From the NCBI GenBank assembly GCA_964016885.1, contig OZ024747.1:54126001-54190000 (forward strand): DNA of 64,000 nucleotides, written 5' to 3'. This document shows, piece after piece, positions 50,271-64,000 of this stretch; position 1 is the stretch's first letter; every line of letters begins with the position of its first letter. This stretch comes from Eledone cirrhosa (taxonomy: Eukaryota). The translations under genes and the position numbers were made by a program. The notes under the pieces are model-generated. The model searched no databases. It saw only the letters and a list, made by a program, of their open reading frames with translations, and was not told the DNA's origin.

Positions 50271-53200
50271 GTTGTAGTAATCACATTCTTTACGCTGTTA
50301 TGTATGTTCCTATTGCTGCTATTGTGAAGGAGAACTCATTGCTCTACGTTGTAGTAATCACATTCTTTACGCTGTTATGTATGTTCCTATTGCTGCTATT
50401 GTGAAGGAGAATTCATTGCTGTACGTTGTAGTAATCACATTGTTTATGTTGTTATGTATGTTCCTATTGCTGCTATTGTGAAGGAGAACTCATTGCTCTA
50501 CGTTGTAGTAATCACATTCTTTATGTTGTTATGTATGTTCCTATTGCTGCTATTGTGAAGGAGAACTCATTGCTCTACGTTGTAGTAATCACATTCTTTA
50601 TGCTGTCATGTATGTTCCTATTGCTGCTATTGTGAAGGAGAACTCATTGCTCTACGTTGTAGTAATCACATTCTTTACGTTGTTATGTATGTTCCTATTG
50701 CTGCTATTGTGAAGGAGAACTCTTTGCTCTACGTTGTAGTAATCACATTCTTTACGCTGTTATGTATGTTCCTATTGCTGCTATTGTGAAGGAGAACTCT
50801 TTGCTCTACGTTGTAGTAATCAGATTCTTTACGCTGTTATGTATGTTCCTATTGCTGCTATTGTGAAGGAGAACTCATTGCTCTACGTTGTAGTAATCAC
50901 ATTCTTTACGCTGTTATGTATGTTCCTATTGCTGCTATTGTGAAGGAGAACTCTTTGCTCTACGTTGTAGTAATCACATTCTTTACGCTGTTATGTATGT
51001 TCCTATTGCTGCTATTGTGAAGGAGAACTCTTTGCTCTACGTTGTAGTAATCACATTATTTACACTGATATGTATGTTCCTATTGCTGCTATTGTGAAGG
51101 AGAACTCATTGCTCTACGTTGTAGTAATCACATTCTTTACGCTGTTATGTATGTTGCTATTGCTGCTATTGTGAAGGAGAACTCTTTGCTCTACGTTGTA
51201 GTAATCACATTCTTTACGTTGTTATGTATGTTCCTATTGCTGCTATTGTGAAGGAGAACTCTTTGCTCTACGTTGTAGTAATCACATTCTTTACGCTGTT
51301 ATGTATGTTCCTATTGCTGCTATTGTGAAGGAGAACTCATTGCTCTACGTTGTAGCAATCACATTCTTTACGCTGTTATGTATGTTCCTATTGCTGCTAT
51401 TGTGAAGGAGAACTCATTGCTCTACGTTGTAGTAATCCCATTCTTTACGCTGTTATGTATGTTCCTATTGCTGCTATTGTGAAGGAGAACTCATTGCTCT
51501 ACGTTGTAGTAATCACATTGTTTATGTTGTTATGTATGTTCCTATTGCTGCTATTGTGAAGGAGAACTCATTGCTGTACGTTGTAGTAATCACATTGTTT
51601 ATGTTGTTATGTATGTTCCTATTGCTGCTATTGTGAAGGAGAACTCATTGCTCTACGTTGTAGTAATCACATTCTTTATGTTGTTATGTATGTTCCTATT
51701 GCTGCTATTGTGAAGGAGAACTCATTGCTCTACGTTGTAGTAATCACATTCTTTATGCTGTCATGTATGTTCCTATTGCTGCTATTGTGAAGGAGAACTC
51801 ATTGCTCTACGTTGTAGTAATCACATTCTTTACGCTGTCATGTATGTTCCTATTGCTGCTATTGTGAAGGAGAACTCATTGCTCTACGTTGTAGTAATCA
51901 CATTCTTTACGCTGTTATGTATGTTCCTATTGCTGCTATTGTGAAGGAGAACTCATTGCTCTACGTTGTAGTAATCACATTCTTTATGCTGTCATGTATG
52001 TTCCTATTGCTGCTATTGTGAAGGAGAACTCATTGCTCTACGTTGTAGTAATCACATTCTTTATGCTGTCATGTATGTTCCTATTGCTGCTATTGTGAAG
52101 GAGAACTCATTGCTCTATGTTGTAGTAATCACATTCTTTACGCTGTTATGTATGTTCCTATTGCTGCTATTGTGAAGGAGAACTCATTGCTCTACGTTGC
52201 AGTAATCACATTCTTTACGCTGTTATGTATGTTCCTATTGCTGCTATTGTGAAGGAGAACTCATTGCTCTACGTTGTAGTAATCACATTCTTTACGCTGT
52301 TATGTATGTTCCTATTGCTGCTATTGTGAAGGAGAATTCATTGCTGTACGTTGTAGTAATCACATTGTTTATGTTGTTATGTATGTTCCTATTGCTGCTA
52401 TTGTGAAGGAGAACTCATTGCTCTACGTTGTAGTAATCACATTCTTTATGTTGTTATGTATGTTCCTATTGCTGCTATTGTGAAGGAGAACTCATTGCTC
52501 TACGTTGTAGTAATCACATTCTTTATGCTGTCATGTATGTTCCTATTGCTGCTATTGTGAAGGAGAACTCATTGCTCTACGTTGTAGTAATCACATTCTT
52601 TACGTTGTTATGTATGTTCCTATTGCTGCTATTGTGAAGGAGAACTCTTTGCTCTACGTTGTAGTAATCACATTCTTTACGCTGTTATGTATGTTCCTAT
52701 TGCTGCTATTGTGAAGGAGAACTCTTTGCTCTACGTTGTAGTAATCAGATTCTTTACGCTGTTATGTATGTTCCTATTGCTGCTATTGTGAAGGAGAACT
52801 CATTGCTCTACGTTGTAGTAATCACATTCTTTACGCTGTTATGTATGTTCCTATTGCTGCTATTGTGAAGGAGAACTCTTTGCTCTACGTTGTAGAAATC
52901 ACATTCTTTACGCTGTTATGTATGTTCCTATTGCTGCTATTGTGAAGGAGAACTCTTTGCTCTACGTTGTAGTAATCACATTCTTTACACTGTTATGTAT
53001 GTTCCTATTGCTGCTATTGTGAAGGAGAACTCATTGCTCTACGTTGTAGTAATCACATTCTTTACGCTGTTATGTATGTTGCTATTGCTGCTATTGTGAA
53101 GGAGAACTCTTTGCTCTACGTTGTAGTAATCACATTCTTTACGCTGTTATGTATGTTCCTATTGCTGCTATTGTGAAGGAGAACTCTTTGCTCTACGTTG

Positions 53201-56200
53201 TAGTAATCACATTCTTTACGCTGTTATGTATGTTCCTATTACTGCTATTGTGAAGGAGAACTCATTGCTCTACGTTGTAGCAATCACATTCTTTACGCTG
53301 TTATGTATGTTCCTATTGCTGCTATTGTGAAGGAGAACTCATTGCTCTACGTTGTAGTAATCCCATTCTTTACGCTGTTATGTATGTTCCTATTGCTGCT
53401 ATTGTGAAGGAGAACTCATTGCTCTACGTTGTAGTAATCACATTGTTTATGTTGTTATGTATGTTCCTATTGCTGCTATTGTGAAGGAGAACTCATTGCT
53501 GTACGTTGTAGTAATCACATTGTTTATGTTGTTATGTATGTTCCTATTGCTGCTATTGTGAAGGAGAACTCATTGCTCTACGTTGTAGTAATCACATTCT
53601 TTATGTTGTTATGTATGTTCCTATTGCTGCTATTGTGAAGGAGAACTCATTGCTCTACGTTGTAGTAATCACATTCTTTATGCTGTCATGTATGTTCCTA
53701 TTGCTGCTATTGTGAAGGAGAACTCATTGCTCTACGTTGTAGTAATCACATTCTTTACGCTGTCATGTATGTTCCTATTGCTGCTATTGTGAAGGAGAAC
53801 TCATTGCTCTACGTTGTAGTAATCACATTCTTTACGCTGTTATGTATGTTCCTATTGCTGCTATTGTGAAGGAGAACTCATTGCTCTACGTTGTAGTAAT
53901 CACATTCTTTATGCTGTCATGTATGTTCCTATTGCTGCTATTGTGAAGGAGAACTCATTGCTCTACGTTGTAGTAATCACATTCTTTATGCTGTCATGTA
54001 TGTTCCTATTGCTGCTATTGTGAAGGAGAACTCATTGCTCTATGTTGTAGTAATCACATTCTTTACGCTGTTATCTATGTTCCTATTGCTGCTATTGTGA
54101 AGGAGAACTCATTGCTCTACGTTGTAGTAATCACATTCTTTACGCTGTTATGTATGTTCCTATTGCTGCTATTGTGAAGGAGAACTCATTGCTCTACGAT
54201 GTAGTAATCACATTCTTTACGCTGTTATGTATGTTCCTATTGCTGCTATTCTGAAGGAGAACTCATTGCTCTACGTTGTAGTAATCACATTCTTTATGCT
54301 GTCATGTATGTTCCTATTGCTGCTATTGTGAAGGAGAACTCATTGCTCTACGTTGTAGTAATCACATTCTTTACGCTGTTATGTATGTTCCTATTGCTGC
54401 TATTGTGAAGGAGAACTCATTGCTCTACGTTGTAGTAATCACATTCTTTATGCTGTCATGTATGTTCCTATTGCTGCTATTGTGAAGGAGAACTCATTGC
54501 TCTACGTTGTAGTAATCACATTCTTTACGCTGTTATGTATGTTCCTATTGCTGCTATTGTGAAGGAGAACTCATTGCTCTACGTTGTAGTAATCACATTC
54601 TTTACGCTGTTATGTATGTTCCTATTGCTGCTATTGTGAAGGAGAACTCATTGCTCTACGATGTAGTAATCACATTCTTTACGCTGTTATGTATGTTCCT
54701 ATTGCTGCTATTCTGAAGGAGAACTCATTGCTCTACGTTGTAGTAATCACATTCTTTATGCTGTCATGTATGTTCCTATTGCTGCTATTGTGAAGGAGCA
54801 CTCATTGCTCTACGTTGTAGTAATCACATTCTTTACGCTGTTATGTATGTTCCTATTGCTGCTATTGTGAAGGAGAACTCATTGCTCTACGTTGTAGTAA
54901 TCACATTCTTTATGCTGTCATGTATGTTCCTATTGCTGCTATTGTGAAGGAGAACTCATTGCTCTACGTTGTAGTAATCACATTCTTTACGCTGTTATGT
55001 ATGTTCCTATTGCTGCTATTGTGAAGGAGAACTCATTGCTCTACGTTGTAGTAATCACATTCTTTATGCTGTCATGTATGTTCCTATTGCTGCTATTGTG
55101 AAGGAGAACTCATTGCTCTACGTTGTAGTAATCACATTCTTTATGTTGTTATGTATGTTCCTATTGCTGCTGTTGTGAAGGAGAACTCATTGCTCTACGT
55201 TGTAGTAATCACATTCTTTATGCTGTTATGTATGTTCCTATTGCTGCTATTGTGAAGGAGAACTCATTGCTCTACGTTGTAGTAATCACATTGTTTATGT
55301 TGTTATGTATGTTCCTATTGCTGCTATTGTGAAGGAGAACTCATTGCTCTACGTTGTAGTAATCACATTCTTTACGCTGTTATGTATGTTCCTATTGCTG
55401 CTATTGTGAAGGAGAACTCATTGCTCTACGTTGTAGTAATCACAGTCTTTACGCTGTTATGTATGTTCCTATTGCTGCTATTGTGAAGGAGAACTCATTG
55501 CTCTACGTTGTAGTAATCACATTCTTTACGCTGTTATGTATGTTCCTATTGCTGCTATTGTGAAGGAGAACTCATTGCTCTACGTTGTAGTAATCACATT
55601 GTTTATGTTGTTATGTATGTTCCTATTGCTGCTATTGTGAAGGAGAACTCATTGCTCTACGTTGTAGTAATCACATTCTTTACGCTGTTATGTATGTTCC
55701 TATTGCTGCTATTGTGAAGGAGAACTCATTGCTGTACGTTGTAGTAATCACATTCTTTACGCTGTTATGTATGTTCCTATTGCTGCTATTGTGAAGGAGA
55801 ACTCATTGCTCTACGTTGTAGTAATCACATTGTTTATGTTGTTATGTATGTTCCTATTGCTGCTATTGTGAAGGAGAACTCATTGCTCTACGTTGTAGCA
55901 ATCACATTCTTTACGCTGTTATGTATGTTCCTATTGCTGCTATTGTGAAGGAGAACTCATTGCTCTACGTTGTAGTAATCACATTCTTTACGCTGTTATG
56001 TATGTTCCTATTGCTGCTATTGTGAAGGAGAACTCATTGCTCTACGTTGTAGTAATCACATTGTTTATGTTGTTATGTATGTTCCTATTGCTGCTATTGT
56101 GAAGGAGAACTCATTGCTCTACGTTGTAGCAATCACATTCTTTACGCTGTTATGTATGTTCCTATTGCTGCTATTGTGAAGGAGAACTCATTGCTCTACG

Positions 56201-57595
56201 TTGTAGTAATCACATTCTTTACGCTGTTATGTATGTTCCTATTGCTGCTATTGTGAAGGAGAACTCATTGCTCTACGTTGTAGTAATCACATTCTTTACG
56301 CTGTTATGTATGTTCCTATTGCTGCTATTGTGAAGGAGAACTCATTGCTCTACGTTGTAGTAATCACATTCTTTACGCTGTTATGTATGTTCCTATTGCT
56401 GCTATTGTGAAGGAGAACTCATTGCTCTACGTTGTAGTAATCACATTCTTTATGCTGTCATGTATGTTCCTATTGCTCCTATTGTGAAGGAGAACTCATT
56501 GCTCTACGTTGTAGTAATCACATTCTTTATGTTGTTATGTATGTTCCTATTGCTGCTGTTGTGAAGGAGAACTCATTGCTCTACGTTGTAGTAATCACAT
56601 TCTTTATGCTGTTATGTATGTTCCTATTGCTGCTATTGTGAAGGAGAACTCATTGCTCTACGTTGTAGTAATCACATTGTTTATGTTGTTATGTATGTTC
56701 CTATTGCTGCTATTGTGAAGGAGAACTCATTGCTCTACGTTGTAGTAATCACATTCTTTACGCTGTTATGTATGTTCCTATTGCTGCTATTGTGAAGGAG
56801 AACTCATTGCTCTACGTTGTAGTAATCACATTCTTTACGCTGTTATGTATGTTCCTATTGCTGCTATTGTGAAGGAGAACTCATTGCTCTACGTTGTAGT
56901 AATCACATTCTTTACGCTGTTATGTATGTTCCTATTGCTGCTATTGTGAAGGAGAACTCATTGCTCTACGTTGTAGTAATCACATTGTTTATGTTGTTAT
57001 GTATGTTCCTATTGCTGCTATTGTGAAGGAGAACTCATTGCTCTACGTTGTAGTAATCACATTCTTTACGCTGTTATGTATGTTCCTATTGCTGCTATTG
57101 TGAAGGAGAACTCATTGCTCTACGTTGTAGTAATCACATTCTTTACGCTGTTATGTATGTTCCTATTGCTGCTATTGTGAAGGAGAACTCATTGCTCTAC
57201 GTTGTAGTAATCACATTCTTTACGCTGTTATGTATGTTCCTATTGCTGCTATTGTGAAGGAGAACTCATTGCTCTACGTTGTAGTAATCACATTCTTTAC
57301 GCTGTTATGTATGTTCCTATTGCTGCTATTGTGAAGGAGAACTCATTGCTCTACGTTGTAGTAATCACATTGTTTATGTTGTTATGTATGTTCCTATTGC
57401 TGCTATTGTGAAGGAGAACTCATTGCTCTACGTTGTAGTAATCACATTCTTTACGCTGTTATGTATGTTCCTATTGCTGCTATTGTGAAGGAGAACTCAT
57501 TGCTCTACGTTGTAGTAATCACATTCTTTACGCTGTTATGTATGTTCCTATTGCTGCTATTGTGAAGGAGAACTCATTGCTCTACGTTGTAGTAA
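50271..57595. repeat. 77-bp satellite array, about 95 copies
   Basis: Unit GTTGTAGTAATCACATTCTTTACGCTGTTATGTATGTTCCTATTGCTGCTATTGTGAAGGAGAACTCATTGCTCTAC; period 50271 to 50348 = 77. Confidence 0.97.
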
Positions 57596-58117
57596 TAACT
57601 TTGTTTTTTGCTATTGTGGATATTGCTGACGTTAATTAATAAGGGAGAACTCATTGGTGTATGTTGTATTAGCTTTATCATTATCCCTGTAAATGTTACT
57701 ATTGTTTTTATGGAGAAGAGATCCCTATTGAGTGTTCCTGTGTTATATTTGATATTGCTCTTATTGCTGTTCTTCATATTAAGAGGTGGATGTCCTTCTT
57801 GTCTATTGTTGTATTTGCACTGTTGATGAGAACTGAAATAAGTTTGATTTGCCTGATGATAACATTATAAAAATGTTCAAACTATCGAAATTAACATTAA
57901 AAGAAGAATTAAAACTTATCCCATGGAGATGATTTGTTATAGAAATTAAATAAATAAATAAAGAGTTCATAATCATAACGACAATTTTTCATTACATGCA
58001 AAACTATTAAGTAGAGAGATCACTTATAAGTGAGATGATACACATACAAACATATATTATACATATAAATATATATACGTATATACATATATGCTTATAT
58101 ATACACACCTAAATATA

Positions 58118-58188
<71 letters not shown>

Positions 58189-58196
<8 letters not shown>

Positions 58197-58490
58197 ATTC
58201 AAATATTAATAAAATAAGATTTAATCTTGATTAAATCTAAATCATCTAACATCTCAGGGTATGTCATGTATCATTTTATTTTATCTGATGAGGACGTACT
58301 GTTGAACCTGATTCACGTACCTCTGAAATGTGTATAATAACATTTAATTCATCACAAGAACATCTATTTTATTAATATTTGAATTTAATATTATATTAAT
58401 AACTCTGGAAAATAATTACTGTAGAGTGCTTCCAATCTACTGTAAAACTCATTCTTTGATGTACTCATTGAATCTTGTTTAACTCTTTAA
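58189..58490 (+). mobile_element. (TA)n-embedded fold-back element with hammerhead and tail
   Basis: Arms about 58187-58217 / 58365-58395; homologous to 37831-37999; tail similar to the reverse complement of 11438-11495. Confidence 0.75.
58278..58343 (+). ncRNA. Minimal type I hammerhead ribozyme motif
   Basis: ATTTTAT-CTGATGA-GGACGTAC..GTACCTCT-GAAA-T-GTGT-A-TA-ATAACAT. Confidence 0.75.
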
Positions 58491-58513
58491 TATATATATA
58501 TATATATATATAT

Positions 58514-58986
58514 AAAAGAAAATTTCGCTCTACATGGCTGAATACAATAAATGTAATCTTGAGTTTTTCGAATATTAATAATAACATTCGATTCATTTCC
58601 AATTATGCAAACCAGCCTCAATTTTATAGCCATGTCAGTAGAATGAACACTTCATTCTTGCTCTTGTGTTGGCATGTGAACAGAACTGCATTCACTAATG
58701 TTTCTGGGTATCACCCTTCATCAGTACAGCTCACTGTTCACCTGCCAACTGTCAGAGCTAGTGAAAATATATGCTATTTTCAAATATACACAGTGACTGA
58801 TCGGCCTGATTTGCATATTAGCAGACTGGCTGATCAGTCAGATCTGCATATTAGCAGATCCACTGATCAGCCAACACATGTAGTGTTCATTCTACTGATA
58901 TGGCTATAAAATTGAGGCTTGTTTGCATAATTGCAAACGAATCGAATGTTATTATCAATATTCGAAAAACTCAGATTACATTTATT
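58514..58986 (-). mobile_element. (TA)n-embedded fold-back element (arms 58546-58651 / 58882-58986) with a hammerhead-like motif at 58668-58749
   Basis: Minus strand: GAGCTGTA-CTGATGA-AGGGTGATACCCA-GAAA-CA-TTAG-TG-AA-TGCAGTTC, with extended helix I; U16.1 appears as A. Confidence 0.7.
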
Positions 58987-61900
58987 ATATATATATTCTT
59001 ATAACTATTCATTTTGTGTATGCAAACATAAAATATCCTTGCATATATGTAAATACAACTGAAACTCTTTTGAACTCTCACTATATGATCAGGAAAAAGA
59101 ATATCTTGTCCACCCACCACTTTCTGCTTCGAAGTAAAATTGAAAAATCATTTTGTCATGTGACATTTCACCTTTGACCTCTTCACTGTAATGAAACTAT
59201 ATCAAAGAAATGAGGCAATCTAAAATCCTAACCACGTTGCAAATATTCCTCACAGAGCAGCATTGTCAACAATCCCAAAGTTTTTCTTAATTTCATTATC
59301 ACTTAGTCATCCTACCACTTTCAAACAAGTACCGCCAGCGTTACTTCCTATTACCACATTCCATCCATACTTTGGAAGAACTTTTTCTGTCGGCGCCTCC
59401 GCCTATCAGTTTGTAAGTTCCAGCTGCTCGGAAGGGTATGGTGAAAGTTTCGTATAATTTCAAAGAAGAAAAAAATAATGTTACGGAATTAATATAAAAC
59501 TAAAAATCAATCAATATAAAAGAACGAAAGAAAACCGATTCTGTTCAAAGATAGAGATAGCGTCAGCACAACATGATTTATAACTTGTGTCCGTTTACCT
59601 TTGACTTGGTCATAAGTCTATGATCATGGGTTGGGTAATGCTTTCATGCAGTTATATATGCATATGCATATATATTAGTAACAACCTGGTACAGCATGAT
59701 ATGAATAAAAATCATATTGTTCTGGCTGTATACTCCTCTTTGAATTCGTTCCTCTTGGGAAGTGATGTATTTACAGTTATATATGAACTCAATATGCTCC
59801 AAGTTTACACTTTGACCTTTTCTCTGGACAGTGTAATAGGCCAAATTGTGCATCATATTTCGACAATTCCCCAACGGGAAAAAATGTCAAAGGAAAAATT
59901 AACAGTTGATGCTGCCTTCCTTTCCCCTTTTGCCAAATAAGAAGAAAGAAGAATATTCTTGCTTGCTTACACATTTCAAACATTGACTGAATGAATCTTT
60001 AACATGATTACATATGTATAGACAGGTACAACGACTCCGAACTCCTTTGAATAAATATGCTTTGTATAAGATGAATTCAAACAAAAAGGAAAGAAATATG
60101 TAAGAGAAATCACAAGCTTATCTGAATAATCAAATGTCAGTGTCTTTCTTTAGATGCAATATTTCATTTATTTAGAATAAGTGGGAACGCCAGTAGACTT
60201 TTAACTTTCAAATGAATTACAGCGTTGTTCTATAGTTGGGGAATTGTTTCAGCTATTTCTCAATCGAGTTAACATTTATTCAGAATCCATATGGACCATT
60301 GTGGAATATTTTTGTCATAATGCTTCTTATCAATTTTAGCAATCTATAAAAATATAACTAAATTCACTTAACCAAAACTTCAACCTGTCCTGGAAGTTTA
60401 GCAATACATTTCCATATAAATGCGAAAGGAAATTATAGTGTTGTTTTTCTCAAAATTCACTTGACATTCTTTCAATAAATCAGTATCAATTGTGTTGAAA
60501 ATTAAATCATCAACAGACAACAATATTTCTCTGATGAATTTATAATGCATATCTGATGTATGAACTACGTATTATATTACCATTAATTTCATTTATTCCA
60601 CTTTAAGATGCAACGAAAACTTCGATGGTATAATATCAAACGACAGTTCTGGATTCTGTTTGAAAAGTGATAAGTTTTCAAAATCAGCACTGTTTGAAAT
60701 TTACTTATATATTAAAGTTAGGGTTTTGTCCATACCAAATAAAAAGCTACAGAATTTTGTTATACGCAAATATAATTATATGAAAAGCTAAATCTTTCAT
60801 GATGGCATATACATTTTTCTGTATAAATAAATGTAAATAATGATTTAGATTTATTTGAATGACTTATTCGTTATTCATAAATGCTAAAATGTCTGTTTGA
60901 GTAAAATAATTGTTAACACTAACTCACCAAAAATAAAATACAGACTTACTGCTGGAAGTAAAAGTAGATTTTTGTTTAAAGTTATACCAGCAAAGAACGG
61001 GAAAATAAGTTACAATGTAAATGGTTAATCATAGATTTAGACGGTCCATTAGATTTATACGAATGTAGAAGTAAAAAGAACATAAAGATGACATTCATTC
61101 AAGTTTAGAAGCAATTAGGAATATGACACTTAGGAAATACGTCAAAGAACCTTTCTAAAATTCGAAAGACATTTTGTAATGCATGTGCATGTGTATGTGT
61201 CTGCTTGCGTGCGTATGTAAGACTTGTTAGTAATATGTGTGTGTGCGTGGTTTTGTCGACATGTGAAACCATCTATAAATGTGATTGTTTGAAGGAAGGG
61301 GAAGGGAAGTTAATTAGAAATGTATATCACTGAAAACCTGAGAAGCTAATTAGGAATGTAAATCTTTTGAATTCTGAATCCAGTTTAAAATGTCTGATTA
61401 AAAACTGTGAAATTGATTTGAAATGTGAAACGAGTTAAAAGTATTTATTTGTAAAAGAGTGGAGCCAGGATGCATTGTCTGTGTGTGTATGTGTGCGTGT
61501 GTGTGTGGTAAATTGGGAGCTCTGTTGAAAACGTGAAACCTATTGGAAATGTGTATTAAGTGTGTGTTTGTGAATGAGTGTGTGCATATTTGTGTCTCAG
61601 CACATGCGTATGTGTTTGTGTATATGTAAATCTGTGAAGCTTAATAGAAATGTGAATGCTTGAATAGGTGGGAATCTATTTACAAACGTATGTCTATAGA
61701 AGTCAGATGCCTTAATCAGGAACAGATAACAATAATTATAGAAATAATCTCAACTTACGACCATGTGATCTTTGAGGTTTAACATTGAATGTAGAAATTG
61801 TTGAATTATTTCTAAGTGACAAATTGAAGGATAGAATTTAACACACTGTCCGGCAAACAAGAACTACAACTATGATGCAAACAATTTAAATACAAGGTCA

Positions 61901-62699
61901 CGTTTCCTCACACCATAGCAGCAAAAATTACTACCTTAAAAGAAGATGAGATTAAACAGTGTAGTCATAGTGATATATAAGGATTTGATGGTCACAGATG
62001 GAACGTCTTTGATAATAGGGCTGTTGGGTTTGTGTTTACTTTGAAGTTAAGAATAACAATAACTCAGTGATACCACGTCATTTAAAATAAATAAAATCTT
62101 TTTTATATTTCTTTAAATTACTCAGTCGAAGAAAAAGAAATTCCAACATCAGATTCTGAACAATATCTGCAGCAATAAGACCACATTATAAAAACATATC
62201 ATGCCTGCCACAACACAAGAATGATATATCAACAGAGTAAATATCAAACTCTGTGAATATCAACTCATTCTGGTATCTCAGATATATTTTATTCCAAGCG
62301 AATATGTCTGTCTCTCTGGTGGGCTGGGGTGGGGGCTTGGGGGTGGGGTGGGGGCTTGGGGTGGGGTGTGTGTGGGTGGTGGTGGTGGTGGTGGCATTTG
62401 GATGAGACCAGGACCCATGGAATTATTTTTGCTCGTAAGAATTCAATTGGCTAACTACGTGACATAGATCTAGAGAAATACAGTACAGCGTAGATACCAA
62501 ACATTACGATTAACAGTAGCAACCACAACAAGAACAACAACAAAAACAACAACAACAACATAATTGTGAAAACAACAGTACTAACAATAATAGAAATAAT
62601 GATAACGTCAAAACACACACACACACACACACATATATAATATATAATGTATATATTATATATATATGTAAATATATATGTATATGTATATACATAATC

Positions 62700-62734
<35 letters not shown>

Positions 62735-63132
62735 CTGTGTGTGTGTGTGTGTGTGTGTACATACATAAATATATATATATATGTATATATATAAATTCGT
62801 TTTGAGGAAAAAGCTGAAAAGTTACTGAAAAAAAAACCGAAAAAAATCTAGATTCTTTTTGGCATCATATTGGTTAGGTAGTGACCAGAAAATCGCAGAA
62901 TGGACGGTGGAATTGAATTTTGAAAACAAATAAACGATTGCTACTTGGAATGGGCAGGAAAGAGGAATAAAAAATAGCTGCCTGTCAAACTGTTTGCATT
63001 ATTTGTTATTTTTTTTTTTTTTTTTTTTTTTTTTGGTAATTCTCCTGTTTTTATTTTATTTTGACGTTGTGGGTGAGATTGAAGAATCATAGCGAGGGAA
63101 ACAATCATTTTGAATGATGCATCTATCTGCAG

Positions 63133-63174
<42 letters not shown>

Positions 63175-63299
63175 ACACACACACACATATATATATATAT
63201 GTATATAAATGAAAAGTATAGAAATTGTTGTAGCGAGAAGCTAACAGTATTCCATAACATATATATATATGTATATATATATATGTATATATATATATA

Positions 63300-63333
<34 letters not shown>

Positions 63334-63369
63334 TACATGGATACACATACAAACAAGCAGGCGTTCACG

Positions 63370-63426
<57 letters not shown>

Positions 63427-63894
63427 TTATGTCTGTCTGTGTGTGGGTGTAGGGGTGTGTGTGTATGTGTGTTTCTGTGTGTCTGTTTTTCTATGGAGTA
63501 TACATGTATGTGTTTGTGTTACACTACCTAGAATAGTGTCAGACATGTACAGTTGAAATAAAATATAACCTTCACTTCTTGAAAAACACCATCAAAATAA
63601 ACAAAGCAAAAATTGTATTAAAAAAACAGCAAATATAAGTTAACCAAAAAAGAAAAGAAAATATTGGTGTTGCGTTTGTGGAGGCGAAGGTGGCGGGGTT
63701 TGTTGGGCTGAATGATAATAATAAAAACACCAACAATAACAACAACAATGAAAAGCTAAGTATTCTTAGGTGTATGTGTATATGTTAGTAAGAATGTATT
63801 TATGTATGCATGTAAGTATCTATCTATGTATCACAGTGTTTGAGAGCATGTTCTGGTGTATGCACTATGTATGTACGTATGTATGTACGTATGC

Positions 63895-63927
<33 letters not shown>

Positions 63928-64000
63928 TGTATGTATGTATGTATGTATGTATGTATGTATATAGGTATGTAGGTATGTAGGTATGTATGTATACATGTAT

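Noticed and set aside
49322-50284. 320-aa LPTY-repeat ORF
   Set aside because: Translation of (TACC)n.
50271-57595. CRISPR-like array
   Set aside because: Contiguous near-identical monomers with no unique spacers and no cas genes; eukaryotic context.
57853-57895. CTGATGA...GAAA hammerhead candidate
   Set aside because: Helices I and III do not form in register and it is not in a TA-embedded element.

Overview
Eukaryotic, very microsatellite-rich, apparently intergenic or intronic DNA. The SINE-like repeats and overall composition suggest an octopod cephalopod (inference). No host protein-coding gene is supported. Main contents: (1) two near-identical full-length L1/Tx1-clade LINEs (ORF1 with CCHC knuckle; ORF2 APE-RT-CCHC) head-to-tail, bounded on every side by (ATCT)n. 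A diverged 5'-truncated relative also sits in (ATCT)n, which suggests a microsatellite-targeting family. ORF2 has no AUG upstream of its first conserved motif. (2) About 15 short, mostly unrelated non-coding inserts in or beside (TA)n tracts. Many have a fold-back (inverted arm plus single-copy tail) layout and carry intact or decayed type I hammerhead ribozyme motifs, consistent with 3' ends of Penelope-like elements or retrozyme-like RNAs. (3) A 7.3 kb 77-bp satellite with visible higher-order duplications, several minisatellites, tRNA-type SINEs, Helitron-like 3' ends and old RTE/CRE LINE fragments.
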